A stretch of DNA of 64,000 nucleotides, taken from positions 15,626,001-15,690,000 of the forward strand of contig CM075988.1 in the NCBI GenBank assembly GCA_038087875.1, given 5' to 3'. Below, piece after piece: positions 36,601 to 50,747 of this stretch; position 1 is the stretch's first letter; each line of letters opens with the position of its first letter. The notes under the pieces were generated by a model. It saw only the letters and a list, made by a program, of their open reading frames with translations, ran no database searches and had not been told where the DNA came from. Both the position numbers and the translations under genes were made by a program. The stretch comes from Malacoraja senta. Taxonomy: Eukaryota.

Positions 36601-36654
36601 TCATTCACTCAGACTATAGAATCCAATGGACCAACTCCTCTTGCTAACTTTAAA
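36601..36654 (-). promoter_or_regulatory. Candidate TATA-like element and non-coding exon 1 of the minus-strand apolipoprotein gene
   Basis: TTTAAA at ~36654-36649 and a donor-like GA|GTGAGG at 36601/36600, about 300 nt upstream of the candidate exon 2 acceptors (36294 or 36312). Confidence 0.35.
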
Positions 36655-36774
36655 CTTCCAATCTGCTTGTAACATTTGGTGCAGCTATCTTTCTAGGTAT
36701 GGAAACCCTGCCCATTTCCGGAGTAGCAGCAGCGTGACTCTTGGCAGGAGAACAATCTCCCTCAGCTCAGATCA

Positions 36775-37330
36775 TGAGTTCATGTCATAGGAGCAGAAGT
36801 TGGCCCATTCGGCCCATCGAGTCTACACCACCATTCAGTCATGGCTGATCTATCTTTCCCTCACAACCTCATTCTCCTGACTTCTCCCCAGAACCTTTGA
36901 CACCCTTACTAATCAAGAACCTGTCAATCTCCACTTTAAAAATACCCAATGACTTCCACCACTGTCTGTGGCAGTGAATTACATAGATTCACCACCTTCA
37001 GACTAAAGAAATTCCTCCTCATTTCCTTTCCAAAGGTACGTCCTTTTATTTTGAGGCTGCACCCTCTAGTCCTAGAATCTCCCACGTGGAAACATCTTCT
37101 CCACATCCACTCTATCCAAGCCTTTCACTATACGGGAAATTTCAATGAGGTCCTTTCTCATCCTTCGAAACTCTTGCGAGTACATGCCATCAAACGCTCA
37201 TCATACATTAAGCCAATCATCCCTGGGATCATTTGGGCACATCTCTCCTCAGATATTGGGCCCAAAACTGCTCACAATAATCCAAATACAGTCTGACCAG
37301 TGCCTCATGAAGCCTCAACATAACATCCAT
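36775..37330 (-). mobile_element. CR1 LINE 3' fragment, degenerate
   Basis: Reverse complement resembles the 3' ORF2 and tail region of the CR1 at ~43500-44070. Confidence 0.75.
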
Positions 37331-38294
37331 GTTTTTATTTTCATCCTGTGATTATATTGTTCCTTCCGGGGCTCTGTATCTCACTTAAACTCTCACCCAA
37401 AATCATAGCATCTACTTCAGAGGATCCGGTCTCCACACACTGGACCAACTCTGATGAAGCCTCAACATAACATGTTAAGAAGAGGGTAAGAAGCTTCAAA
37501 AACTCAGCGCCAATGACCCTAATTATGGCACCTACTCTTCTCCAGGGCCAAGCACTGCCTTAACTCAGCTTCTCTCACTGCTCATCCAAACCCTGCATGC
37601 CACTGAGAGCAAACAACTCTCGATGTCTGCCAACTATCTGATATTGCGAAGAAGGAATTATTTAAAAGAGTTCTTGTTCAGGTTACAATGTAATATTAAT
37701 GAGCAATCCCAGGCAGATTTTTTCAAAGGTACTGTAGTTATTTTTGAGTTATCGTAATTACTACTTGGCCCTGTGGCAGCTTAGATTTAACCCAGGAGAT
37801 CATTTTTAGTATCAATTTTCCTCTAGGCTTGCATTTTTTAAACAGCCATGGAAATTTTTTTATTTTATTTTAAAGGAGTCGCACTGGAATATTTTTGCAG
37901 TGTAGTCGCCACTGGAAATATAACAGCCAACTTGCAAATTGAAATTTACCACAGACATAATGGTTGCAGAACAGAAATTGACACTAAGTAGAAATCTCAA
38001 AATCGGGTTGTAATTCCTTTGTGTTCAGCTGAGAAGCCAGAGAGAGGCTTCATTTCACACCATTGTATTGGTGACTGAGCACTCATGCTGCAAACTGGCC
38101 GATCAAGGATGATGCAGATACATCCAGACTTCTGTACAGATAATCAGCCACAGGTTAATTAGATTAACAAAATGGACAGTGGCAACAATGTGATTTATTC
38201 TCAATCATCGTTGTGTTTCGCCGTTGTGGACAAGTAGAGAAAAGACTGATTGATTGAATTGGACTGTTCATATCATTGACTGCATGGACTGTTA

Positions 38295-38611
38295 AGGGCC
38301 TGTCCCACTGTACGAGGTAATTCAAGAGCTCTCCCGAGTTTAAAAAAAAATCAAACTCATGGTAAGCACGTAGAATGTACGTAGCGGGTACGTCGGAGCT
38401 CGGGACGTCTCTTAGCAGCTCATAACGCTAACAGCAGGTACTCGGGAAATGCGGTAAGCTCGTGAAGACTCGTGAAGATTTTTCAACATGTTGAAAAATG
38501 TCCACAAGAGCCCCGAGTACCTACAAGCGGCTATTACCGTAATTCTCCGAGTTCGAATCAGGGGAAACTCGGGAGAACACTTGAATTACCTCGTACAGTG
38601 GGACAGGCCCT
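38295..38611. mobile_element. PIF/Harbinger-type MITE
   Basis: Long TIR AGGGCCTGTCCCACTGTACGAGGTAATTCAAG with its reverse complement at the right end; 3-bp TTA target duplication at 38292-38294 and 38612-38614. Confidence 0.88.
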
Positions 38612-39170
38612 TTAACTAGATCCAACCCGGCAATCTAGTCAATGAAGTCCAAGCCTTTGAAGTGGAAAGTTGGAGATTCAAATCTAACTACAGGTGAAAT
38701 CCATCTCGTCTTAGAAATATCTTCTGAAACATGGACATTTGAGCGCTGAAATAGCAAAAGGTCAACAGAAGGCAAAATAAATCTTTCAAGGATATTCTCA
38801 GAGTTTCTCTGAACAATTGTGATGCTCTCACAAAGTCATGGTCTAATGTCATGGGAATCTTACCCATGACCATTCAATGATACATGATGCTGAGAACCTC
38901 AAGATATTTGACTGCGAGCATGTATTTATCCACAAAAAAAAGGAAAAATGAGCACACCACCTCCCATACCACCCTCAAGCCGGTCCCATAGGTACCTTCT
39001 GCCATAGAATCTGTGAATGAAATCAATGAATCCAGGCATCAATGAAATAGAGGGAAAGCAACTTAGCCTTGACCCGAGGGATTGCCTAAGAAGGAGAGGG
39101 CACATGGAGAGCCAGTGTTCCCTACATCCTGGCTTACTGAAATTAACATTCTCTTACTAACCAGTCTCCT

Positions 39171-39497
39171 TTAGTTTATTTTTATGTTTAGTTTAGAGAT
39201 ACAGCACGGAAACAGGCCCTTCGGCCCACCGGGTCCGCGCCGACCAGTGATCCCCGCACATTAACACCATCCCACACCCACAAGGGCCAATTTTTTACAT
39301 TTCCCAAGCCAATTAACCTACAAACCTGTACGTCTTTGGAGTGTGGGAGGAAACCAAAAATCTCGGAGAAAACCCACGCAGGTCACGGGGAGAACGTACA
39401 AACTCCGTACGGACAGCACCCGTCGTCGGGATCGAACCCGGGTCTCCGGCGCTGCATTCGCCGTAAGGCAGCCACTCTACCGCTGCGCCACCGTGAC
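39171..39497 (-). mobile_element. V-SINE (HE1-like), young CpG-rich copy
   Basis: Full A and B boxes, core and tail on the minus strand; CpGs retained. Confidence 0.88.
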
Positions 39498-40586
39498 TGC
39501 CCTCAACCTCTGGTTAAGGCAACCCACACACCCTCCATCCTGAGAGTGGTATTGTTCACCCTAGTCGCCAGCCAGTGATAGAAAACCTCATTTAGATTCT
39601 GAAAGACCAAGACATGCTTATCCACTGACAGAATTCTTGGATGAGGTTAATGAGACCAAGCCTACTTGGAATGCCCTCCCCCTCTGCAATAAAGCTATTG
39701 CACAGTAGCCTTGTGCTTGTGTATTGTGAAATCAGAATCCTATTCTATGCAAACTGTGCAGTGATGACATTTCTCTCCCCCCCTCTCTCCCATTCCTCTT
39801 CCACCTCTTTATCCTCATCATCCTGCTCTAACCCCTTCTCTCTCCTACTCCAATGGTTTCCTTGTCTTCTGTCCTCTGTTTCTCTATCCTCTCCTTCCCT
39901 TCCTGCCCCTCTCCCTTTGCTGTATTCTCTACCTGGGCTCTCCCCTCCCTCTTCTGATGCCTCTATCCACCTCTCCCCTTCATAGCCCTGGCTCTCTTGC
40001 CTCCTTCATGTTTTTCTCGTTTTGCTAATATTATAATGTTAGGGGAATAATATGTTTTTCTACTTCAGAAAGGCAATGGTTTCAGTGGAAAAATAGCGCA
40101 GCCTGTGCCAATCTGCGTCATGTTGAAACTACAGAATCATCCTCTCCTGATTCTCAATAATATTCCGATGTAAAGTTCATTTAACTTCTCTGAACTGCAG
40201 GCAATTGGAAGTTAAAGGGGAGTTAAATGAATGAAAATATTGCAACTCTTTTTCTGTATTTGCGTACTCCTAGGGACACTCTCGTAGAAATATTACACTC
40301 TCGGTGACACAGTTACATGGGCAGATTACAAGACGCTTCACAGGACAGATACACCCACAGAGACACACACTCACAGATAGACACTGACAGACACACATAG
40401 AGACAACACTTCAAGGGAACAGTCAAAGAGAACACACTCTCAACTGAAACATTCACACAGTCACGCTCACAAAGGACATGCTCAAAGAAAGAGACTCATA
40501 GTCATTATTGCTCATTATGTTGGATTCTCACAAACAAATCCAAACATATTCTTACAAAGGGATGTGAATACTTTCAGACACACACT

Positions 40587-40589
<3 letters not shown>

Positions 40590-40646
<57 letters not shown>
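40590..40646. repeat. (CT)n microsatellite
   Basis: Uninterrupted CT dinucleotide run. Confidence 0.95.
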
Positions 40647-40649
<3 letters not shown>

Positions 40650-41889
40650 CTCACACATAGATGCATTATTTGGGGATTAATCTGTTGTTTAAAGTCCAAT
40701 GTTGTGCTTGCAATAGCGTGACTGTTAGTTAACCAAACACAAAGTGTGCTATGCATGTTTATAGAGTTAGAAACACAAAGGCATAATCAAAGTTCACATC
40801 CTGGAACAGAATGGTTCATTTCACCAGTCTCACAGCAAGTTCAATGAATTTCATGACTACATAATGGTTGATATAGGGCCAATAATTAGAACATTTTGAT
40901 CAGAGAGTACCAGTGTTAATTATGCTAGAGTTTTTAAAAACAATCTTACAGCAGTAAAATGAAGAAACTCAGAATTACTTTAAATGTGTTAAAATGTGGA
41001 AAGATATAGAAGATTTCATAGACAGGTTATTTCTCCTCCTTCAATCAGTCACCTATACACTGTAGGTGCTGGTGTAGAGCAGTTGGTCCAGGGACACCCA
41101 AATGGACATAATTCAAAGGGTTTCGGCCCAAAACGTTGCCTATTTCCTTCGCTCCATAGATGCTGCTGCACCCGCTAAGTTTCTCCAGCATTTTTGTGTA
41201 CCTGGACATAATTCAAATGTTACCCTAGTTCATAATAACATTACAGTCACTCCTGCTCTGGTCTTTACAATATTGGCTTACATTTCAAATGGATCGCTGG
41301 TGGAACTTGACCGCAATTAAGACAATTAAGACTCAAACCCAACTGTAGACTTCCTATACAGATTGAAGGATTCGGTTTAAATTGGACCATCCTCTTCAGC
41401 ATGACTCAGTCCTGTGGACCGAGGGGAGGAGACGTTTTCAGGGGTCCACTGTCAAAATAGTTTGTATTTCTTAATTGATTCATCATTCCATCCCACAATG
41501 TATCCGTCATTGTCATCTTCTTACAGTGAGTTTGGGTGTTGCGGGCAATCTATAACAGTTCAATGAGGGAGGAGGAGCTTGGCAAATATTTGTGGCCAAT
41601 TCCAACCTTGCCCAGGTTCTCAATTATCAGCCGAACAGGGAGAGAGAATGGTGGAAATACTCAACATTTGTGACCAGTTCTGATAAAAAAGATTATTGAC
41701 TTGAAATATGAACTTAATTTCTCTCCTCAGCTTCTGTGTACTTCTGGCATTTTCTATTTCTATCTGAGATTTCAAGCTTCATCTACTCATCTACTATGGC
41801 TCATGTTGTGCAGCCACATCATTGATTCCAAATGCAGAATTTAATTCACAAGAATAGCGTTTTTTTCCGACAATTAAGGGATAATGCAT

Positions 41890-44088
41890 TATTGGCCAAG
41901 ATTGACTGGCAATTAGTTCTAAAAGGGTTGACGGTGGATATGCAATGGAAGGCATTTAAAGACTGCATGGATGAACTACAAAAATTGTTCATCCCAGTTT
42001 GGCAAAAGAATAAATCAAGGAAGGTAGTGCATCCGTGGATAACAAGGGAAATCAGGGATAGTATCAAAGCAAAAGATGATGCGTACAAATTAGCCAGAAA
42101 AAGCAGCATACCAGAGGACTGGGAGAAATTCAGAGACCAGCAGAGGAGGACAAAGGGCTTAATTAGGAAAGGAAAAATAGATTATGAAAGGAAACTGGCA
42201 GGGAACATAAAAACTGACTGCAAAAGTTTTTATAGATATGTGAAGAGAAAGAGATTAGTTAAATCAAATGTAGGTCCCTTGCAGTCAGAAACAGGTGAAT
42301 TGATCATGGGGAACAAGGATATGGCAGACCAATTGAATAACTACTTTGGTTCCGTCTTCACTAAGGAAGACATAAATAATCTGCCGGAAATAGCAGGGGG
42401 CCGCGGGTCAAAGGAAATGGAGGAACTGAGTGAAATCCAGGTTAGTCGGGAAGTGGTGTTGGGTAAATTGAATGGATTAAAGGCTGATAAATCACCAGGG
42501 CCAGATAGGCTGCATCCCAGAGTACTTAAGGAAGTAGCTCCAGAAATAGTGGATGCATTAGTGATAATTTTTCAAAACTCTTTAGATTCTGGAGTAGTTC
42601 CTGAGGATTGGAGGGTAGCAAACGTAACCCCACTTTTTAAGAAGGGAGGGAGAGAGAAAACGGGGAATTACAGACCAGTTAGTCTAACATCGGTAGTGGG
42701 GAAACTGCTAGAGTCAGTTATTAAAGATGGGATAGCAGCACATTTGGAAAGTGGTGAAATCATTGGACAAAGTCAGCATGGATTTACGAAAGGTAAATCG
42801 TGTCTGACGAATCTTATAGAATTTTTCGAGGATGTAACTAGTAGAGTGGATAGGGGAGAACCAGTGGATGTGTTGTATCTGGACTTTCAGAAGGCTTTCG
42901 ACAAGGTACCACATAAGAGATTAGGATACAAACTTAAATCACACGGTATTGGGGGTTCAGTATTGATGTGGATAGAGAACTGGCTGGCAAACAGGAAGCA
43001 AAGAGTAGGAGTAAACGGGTCCTTTTCACAATGGCAGGCAGTGACTAGTGGGGTACCGCAAGGCTCAGTGCTGGGACCCCAGCTATTTACAATTTATATT
43101 AATGATCTGGACGAGGGAATTGAAAGCAACATCTCCAAGTTTGCGGATGACACTAAGCTGGGGGGCAGTGTTAGCTGTGAGGAGGATGCTAGGAGACTGC
43201 AAGGTGACTTGGATAGGCTGGGTGAGTGGGCAAATGTTTGGCAGATGCAGTATAATGTGGATAAATGTGAGGTTATCCACTTTGGTAGCAAAAACGGGAA
43301 GGCAGACTATTATCTAAATGGTGGCCGATTAGGAAATGGGGAGATGCAGCGAGACCTGGGTGTCATGGTACACCAGTCATTGAAAGTAGGCATGCAGGTG
43401 CAGCAGGCAGTGAAGAAAGCGAATGGTATGTTGGCCTTCATAGCAAGAGGATTTGAGTATAGGAGCAGGGAGGTTCTACTGCAGTTGTACAGGGTCTTGG
43501 TGAGACCACACCTGGAGTATTGCGTACAGTTTTGGTCTCCAAATCTGAGGAAGGACATTATAGCCATAGAGGGAGTGCAGAGAAGGTTCACCAGACTGAT
43601 TCCTGGGATGTCAGGACTTTCATATGAAGAAAGACTGGATAGACTTGGCTTATACTCGCTAGAATTTAGGAGATTGAGAGGGGATCTTATAGAAACGTAC
43701 AAAATTATTATGGGGTTGGACAGGCTAGATGCAGGAAGATTGTTCCCGATGTTGGGGAAGTCCAGGACAAGGGGTCACAGCTTAAGGATAAGGGGGAAAT
43801 CCTTTAAGACCGAGATGAGGAAAAACTTTTTCACACAGAGAGTGGTGAATCTCTGGAACTCTCTGCCACAGAGGGTAGTTGAGGCCAGTTCATTGGCTAT
43901 ATTTAAGAGGGAATTAGATTTGGCCCTTGTGGCTAAAGGGATCAGGGGGTATGGAGAGAAGGCAGGTACGGGATACTGAGTTGGATGATCAGCCATGATC
44001 GTATTGAATGGCGGTGCAGGCTCGAAGGGCCGAATGGCCTACTCCTGCACCTATTTTCTATGTATCTATGTATCTATGTATCTATGTA
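41890..44088 (+). mobile_element. 5'-truncated CR1/HER1-like LINE with an uninterrupted RT frame (ORF 41832-43979) and (TATCTATG)n tail
   Basis: KSPGPDRLHPRVLKE, GNYRPVSLTS, YLDFQKAFDKVPH, SGVPQGSVLGP, KFADDTKL and RPHLEYCVQFWSP; no stops over ~700 codons, so probably young. The first ~20 codons of the ORF are host sequence. Confidence 0.95.
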
Positions 44089-44179
44089 TTTGAGATCATT
44101 TCGATGATGTGCTATTATATGATGATGTGTTATTATAATCAAGAGTTTCTATTTTTAAATAATACAACCTCAGCACATT

Positions 44180-45128
44180 TTGATTTGGATGAGAATGTAC
44201 AAGGCATGATTAATAAGTTTTGGCAGATGATACTAAAGTGGGTGGTATCATAGATGGCTAAGATGGTTATCAAGAATCACAGCAGGATCTTGTTCAGGGG
44301 CAAGTGGGCTGAGGAATGATTAATGCAGTTTAATGCAGATAAGTGCGAGGTATTGCATTTTGGGAAGCCAAGCCAGGGAAGTCCATTCACAGTGAATGGC
44401 AGGGCCCTGGGGAATGTGGTAGAGCAGAGGGATCTACAAGTGCAGGGACATAGTTCCTTGAAAGTGGCATCATACGTAGATAGGATGGTCAAGAAGACTT
44501 TCAGTACATTGTCCTTCATTAGTCAGGGTACTGAGTATAGAAGTTGGGATGTTATGTTACAGTTGTACATGATCCTGGTGAGGCTGGATTTGAAGTATTG
44601 TATTCAGTTGTGGTCATCCTGCTATAGGAAGGAAATTGTTAAAATGGAAAGAGTGCAGAGATTTATGAGAATGATGCCAGGTCGAGGGCCTGAGATATAC
44701 AGAGAGGTTGGACAGGTTAGGAATTTATTCTTTGGAGCATGGGAGGATGAGGGGTGATCTTATAGAGGTGTATACGATCTTGGGGGGAATAGATAGGGTA
44801 GAGGCACAGAGTATTTTACCCAGTGTAGGGGAATCGAGAACAAGAGGACAAATGTTGAAAGTGAGAGGGGAAAGATTTGATAAGAACCTAAGGGGCGACT
44901 TTTTCCACACAGAAGGTGGTGGGTATGTGGAACGAGCTGGCTGAGGAGGTAGTTGAGGCAGGTACTATGACATGTTTAAAGGTCATTTGGACAGGTCCAT
45001 GGAGAAAAGGTTCAGAGAGATATGAAACGTGAGCAGATATGACTAGTGTCGATGGGGCATCTTGTTCAGCATGGGCAAGTTGGGCCGAAGGAACTGCTTC
45101 CATGCTGTATAACACTTTGACTATGACT
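44180..45128 (+). mobile_element. Older CR1 LINE 3' fragment
   Basis: Frameshifted MQFNADKCEVLHFG..., RGDLIEVY... and a (TATGAC)-like tail. Confidence 0.85.
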
Positions 45129-48100
45129 GTTTCTATCTTGGTGTCATCTAGTTGTTACACCCATTCCTTCAACACCTCAGCCTTTGCATCTCACCTCACT
45201 CTCCAAGACCCTTTACAGGCAGAATAACTCTCCTTCAACCAGTGGGTTATCTCACACTGATATCGGAGAGGTTAGTAAAACTGTAACCAAAAGTAAATAT
45301 TGTTCCAAGTAGCCTACAAATATCTGTGAACTCAGGTGACAGCTCATACCACCAAATTGATGACTGTGGAGCAAATTTATCATCTGTGCAAAGTCCAAGG
45401 ATATGTGTTATGTTTTGTGAAGAAACTTTAAATGACAAAGTTCAGCAAAAACCGGAGGCCAACTCATCACCTGATGATTCAGCGATATACTGATCGCTGT
45501 CCAGAAAAATAAGGATTTTTTCACTGCTCTTTCTGGGGTCCAGGTTATGTCGTGATCAACAACAACCTTATCCAATTGGCATTCCTGTTTGTAAACCTCA
45601 CTGATAGAATGGGTCAGACTGGGTTTCCCAGAAGAGCCTTATCACATCTCCCGGCCCCAGAAGGAGTTAGCAAGTAACATTTGAAGATTGGAATCTTGCT
45701 AGGTTTCTTTGGTTCCCTAGATGAAGGACACTTCTGACACCAATTGAATTATTACTAACTGGGGCCTCCACGTTGGTCTGTGGTCTGTGAAGAACAGTGC
45801 CACAGTGAGTGATGAATTCATATTGTGTGTCCGTGGAAGGTCATCTGGTTGATTTCAAACTAAGTTTTTCCAGTTTGTTTTAGTTTGCTCTTACCATGAC
45901 TCACCCAAACCTGTGCTTCCAGCTCTCCTTCCATCAGGATCATTTTGGGATCCTGATATTTGCAACTCAGTCATGGAGACCACAAAGATCCCAGGCTAAA
46001 ACAAGCAGTGGTATGAAGTTGTGTGTGTGGTAAGGAGGTAAGGAGGTTATCAGGTAAGGAGCAAGTCTCAGTTGTGAAATGCCACTTTCTAATACCCACC
46101 AATACTGACTGTGTGGAAAGGAGATGAAATAAGAATAACCGCTCGATTCACAATGACCAGTTCTCCAAATTTCCACCCATTCAACTACACCAATCCAATA
46201 TCTAGCTCTCCAATTTATACCTATTTGATTTAGGCGATCTGCTCGTTTTTGTTTTTGTTTAATTATCATATTTCAATATCTAGGCATTACTGAAAAGGTC
46301 AGCATGTATTACCATGACTACTCCAATTACCTTTGCTGGTGGTCAGATACCTCCTTAAGCCACAATGGTCATTGTATGATACTGCCGTGTAGGATGTTCC
46401 AGGAATTTGAACCACTAACAATGAAGGGCCAGCAATACATTTCTGAATCAACATGGTGTGCAACTTGAAGGGGAACCTGCTGGTGGTCATGTGACCCTGT
46501 ACCTGGTCCACTTGTTCTTCCTGCCGTAGAGGTCACAGGTTTAGGAAGTAGTCTGGGAGAGTACATGCATTTTATAGATAGCATACACCGCAGCCATTGT
46601 GTGCCAATGCTCAGGATGTTAATGTGGAGCTAATCATGGAGACTGCTTTGCCCTGGATGCTGTTGAACTTCTTGAGAGTTGTTAGTCCTGCACAAATCCA
46701 GGCAAATGGAGTCTATTCCTTCACACGCCTAACTTGTGCTTTGAAGATGATGGACCTCCAACATCCAGAACCATCTTCTCATATGAGCCATGACCCCAAC
46801 CCTTCTTCCCTTGATACCTAGTGATCTCAGTTTTACAGCACTCCTTGATGCCACATATTAAACAACAGTTGCTCTTACTGCTGGAAATCGCTTTAGTTCT
46901 GGGATATAACTAAAACGTTTACTTACCTTGCTGCCACCCAACATGGTACTAAGACTTTAAGACCCATGTTGTCTCAGGAGTTTCCATTTAATAAATGCCC
47001 ACAATATGGCCGAGGTTGCACTGCAAAGCTCCTGAAAGAGGATTTCATGGACGACAATGCCATTACATGTTCCTGAAGCGAATATTGTGTTGCAGTTATA
47101 ATCTGCAATAGTGTCCAGTCAAATTCTTATCTGGTGTGATTTGACCATAAATTGCCACATATTGCTCACACTTTTCAATCACAGACCACTGAAAAAATCA
47201 GGACTCAGCAATCTGATTTCTGGTGAGAGGGTTTCATAGCACAGGTAATCAATCATTGTGAGCTCCAATAAAACATTACCACTTTATGCAGTCTATTATG
47301 AATGAAAATCACTGGCTGTGTAAAATTAAATCTCGTTTCCCCTCTGGCATTTTCAATTATCTTAAATGTAATTTCCAGCTAACTTTGTCGTTCTGTATTT
47401 ATCACTTAACTTAAAAGTCCAATGCCCACCCTCAGTACGTTAACATCGTCAACACAATAGATTCAAGATTCAAGTGAGTTTATTGTCATGTGTCCCTGAT
47501 AGGACAATGAAATTCTTGCTTTGCTTCAGCACAACAGAACATAGTAGGCATGACTACAGAACAGATCAGTGTGTCCATATACCATTATATAAATATATAC
47601 ACACACGAATAAATAAAATAAATAGCATTTGTTATTAAAGTTAAGAATGGAAACCACATCATAAAAAAAGGATATCATATCACATTTGACAATAGTTGTA
47701 CTGGATTAAATGCTGGAACATATAATGATTAATTAATCTTAAATAAAAATGAAGAAATAAAGGAGAAAATAAGAAAGAAGAATGAATGTTTAGGCCAAAG
47801 GTCCTTTGTCCTTGTCCTTTCATGCACGTTGCACATTGTCTTTTCACGCTAATTGCATCTAAATCTTGAAACTCCACGATCAACATTGTGAATGTGCCTC
47901 ACCAGAAAGATTGCGTTGAAGAAGGAAGTTCACCACCACTTTCTCAAGGACAATTATGGGTGGGCAATAAATACTAGTATGAAAAATTATGAGAGGCATA
48001 GATAGGGTAGACAGTCAGAACCTTTCTCCCAGGGTCGAGATGTCCAACAGTAGGGGGCATAGTTATATTGTGCGGGGCAAGTTTACGCAGAGGCCTAGAA

Positions 48101-48795
48101 CATATTGCCAAGGGTGGTGGTGGTGGTGGAGGCAGTTAGTGGCCTTTAAGAGGCTTTTAGATAGACACATGGAAGTGCAAAGAATAGAGGGATATGAATC
48201 ATGCACATGCAGATGAGGTCAGTTTAACTTGGCATCATGTTTGGCACAAACATTGTGGGCCAAAGGGCCTGTTCCTGTGGTGTACTGTTCTGCATTCTAA
48301 TACTGGCCATGCCAATGATATCCCCTACCTGAGAATTGAGAAATGGCAAAACAATAATATTTGTTTCTCAATTTCTTGATAAAATTATAAAACAAAAATG
48401 TTCTGATTAAAGCCCTGAACGTTTATATTAGTCTCTGTGCATCCATACTGTTTTTTTATTGGGACCATTCCAGGAGTTAATTGTCCTTTCTGTGAGAAAT
48501 GGTTTCCTTCACTCACTCCAATAATTTGGCTTTAAATTCAAGATTATGTTTCCTTTTTTCTGAAAAGCACCCTCCCCAAACCCCACTTCAGCTGCCAGAA
48601 AAAAATAGGCTTTATCAACTCGAGTGTAGATTTATTCCAAAATATTAATATAAATGAGAATGCATCAAGGTTATGCGATCAGGGCAACTTAACGCAACAC
48701 TTTATGCAAGACATGCAGTACAGCATAGGTGACTTGGGTATAGATGTATTGATTTCACCTTGAGGTACACATGCTGCTGGATCAGCAGAGATGCC

Positions 48796-48962
48796 AGCGA
48801 ACTTTCAAAATTCTTGACCTAAAGTTCGCTCATGACACAAGAGCAAGCACCCATTGATCATTAGTCAACAGAATTTACCTATCTTAACCCAATCATACGT
48901 GTGTGTATATATACCTGGGCAACTTGTTTCACAGAAGCTCAAAGAAACTTGCACAGTTTGAG
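48796..48962 (+). promoter_or_regulatory. Putative promoter and non-coding exon 1 of the small apolipoprotein gene
   Basis: Inverted 10-mer AGCGAACTTT / AAAGTTCGCT (48796-48830) around TGACCT, CCAAT 48889-48893, TATATATA 48906-48913, and a strong donor GAG|GTAAGA at 48962/48963, mirroring the apoA-IV exon 1 layout. Confidence 0.6.
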
Positions 48963-50504
48963 GTAAGAGTTGCTTCTTTCTGCTTCACGGGCCAAGATGA
49001 GAGGTGTTATTTGAATCAACACACTTACTTATTATTTAGTCAATATTTTAATTCCATTTAAAAAATAGAGAATATGTGAATCACTGAGATTATTTGTGGT
49101 TACTCCTAACTGGAAATGTAACCATGTTTAGAAATGTCTATTAAAAGAGAGAAGAGAGAAATGAAAGGAAACAGAAAAAAATAACCCAAAGGGAACAACG
49201 TTGAAATATTGTGGCATTGACTAGTTTTATCAGCAGTTTTTGAAAACTAAAATTACAAAAAAAACAAATATGAATTACACACTTGATTTCAAGATGTGAT
49301 TCTGGTTTGGATCTGAATCTTCCATGTGATTCTATCTGTGCAGCGTCCCGATCTCTCACAGAAGTTTTAATAACTCAGACTTCATTCTATTAAACCAGAG
49401 GAAGAAATGTAGGTGTAGAGGGAAGGAACTTTAGGTTACAATGTCAACAGCTGGAGTTACGATAGACCAAAATATGTTGGCAAAATTAGGTGATTTGCAT
49501 TGGAGAGATTTTAAATTCTGCAATGCCTGTTGTTACAGCTTTACATGGATACATTTCTAGACCTTTTACTTTGTGCATTGCAAGAAATATATATAACAAA
49601 TTATCAATCAGCTTTCCATCTCCTCCCTTAGAATTTGTATTGAAACCAGGATTATAAAATCAGGTAGAGATTTCTTATCAGGTGACCCTTCTTATGTTAT
49701 ACCACAAATTCAAGCTTGTTCACTGTCCACAAGTCTTTGCGTATCTATACGCAAAAATGTACATGTCCATTGATATATGTCTACTTTCTTGCATTGGCAG
49801 CATGGCTATTCAAGGATCAATTGTCCCTGGAGCTTAAAAGCTAGGAATACTAAAAGGCTCCATTCAACTTATTTTCTCTTCTCATTGTTAATGTGTGGAC
49901 ATGGGTTCAAACGTATAGACTTAGATGTCTCCAAAGCATCTAAAAGCGATAACGTGCTTTTTTAATGTACGGTTTCTGTTCTAGAAAACTCAACCGCTCA
50001 TTGTTGCACTACATGGCTATTTAGGGGTTGATAACTAGATATCGAGACTTAGCAATGTTGGTGTTGGTCAAAAATCTGGTGATAACAAGCTTGCCCTTTT
50101 GCAAAATAGTTTCAGGAACCTTTTACCTGCACCATCGAGGACCGAGGGCTTCTCAATGTAACTTCTTACCATCCAGCTCTGTGGCAGTCTCTCAGTACAG
50201 CAGTGGAGTAGCAGTCTAATTTTTTATTGGTAAATCTCTGACTCAAAGCAAACAATCAACCAACTAAGCCATGGCGGACATTTACCTACCTGTTAATTTT
50301 ACCATCTTACACTCTTTAACTATTTTGACTTCTCTAAAAATTGGGTACATGCTGCCTCTGGCTCTCAGTTCCCACATCCCTGTTGTCACTTTAGAATCAT
50401 TTTAGTCAATAACATTTACTTTTATCTGAATTAGATCCAATGGCAGAAAAATCTCAACGTTCATCGAGAGAAACAATTTTTGTATTTTCTGGATGCATTT
50501 CAAG

Positions 50505-50747
50505 GTAGCACAGTGGTGTTGTGGTGGAGCTGCTGCCTTACAGCGCCAGACACTCGGGTTCGATTCTGACAATGGAGTTTGTACATTCTCCCTGTGAGCC
50601 TGTGGGGCTTCACCGGGTGCTCCGGTTTCTTCCCACATTCCAAAAACGTAGGTTAATTGGTCACGGTAAAATTATAAATTGTCCTTTAGAGAGTAGGATA
50701 ATAGTGTACAGGGCCTGTTTCCGTGCTGTATCTATAAAGTCTAAAAC
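50505..50747 (+). mobile_element. Internally deleted V-SINE
   Basis: GGTAGCACAGTGG..GCTGCCTTACAGCGCCAGA..GGGTTCGATTC followed by the family core. Confidence 0.75.

Noticed and set aside
39641..39985. Ser/Pro/Leu-rich 114-aa ORF
   Set aside because: Translation of a low-complexity polypyrimidine tract.
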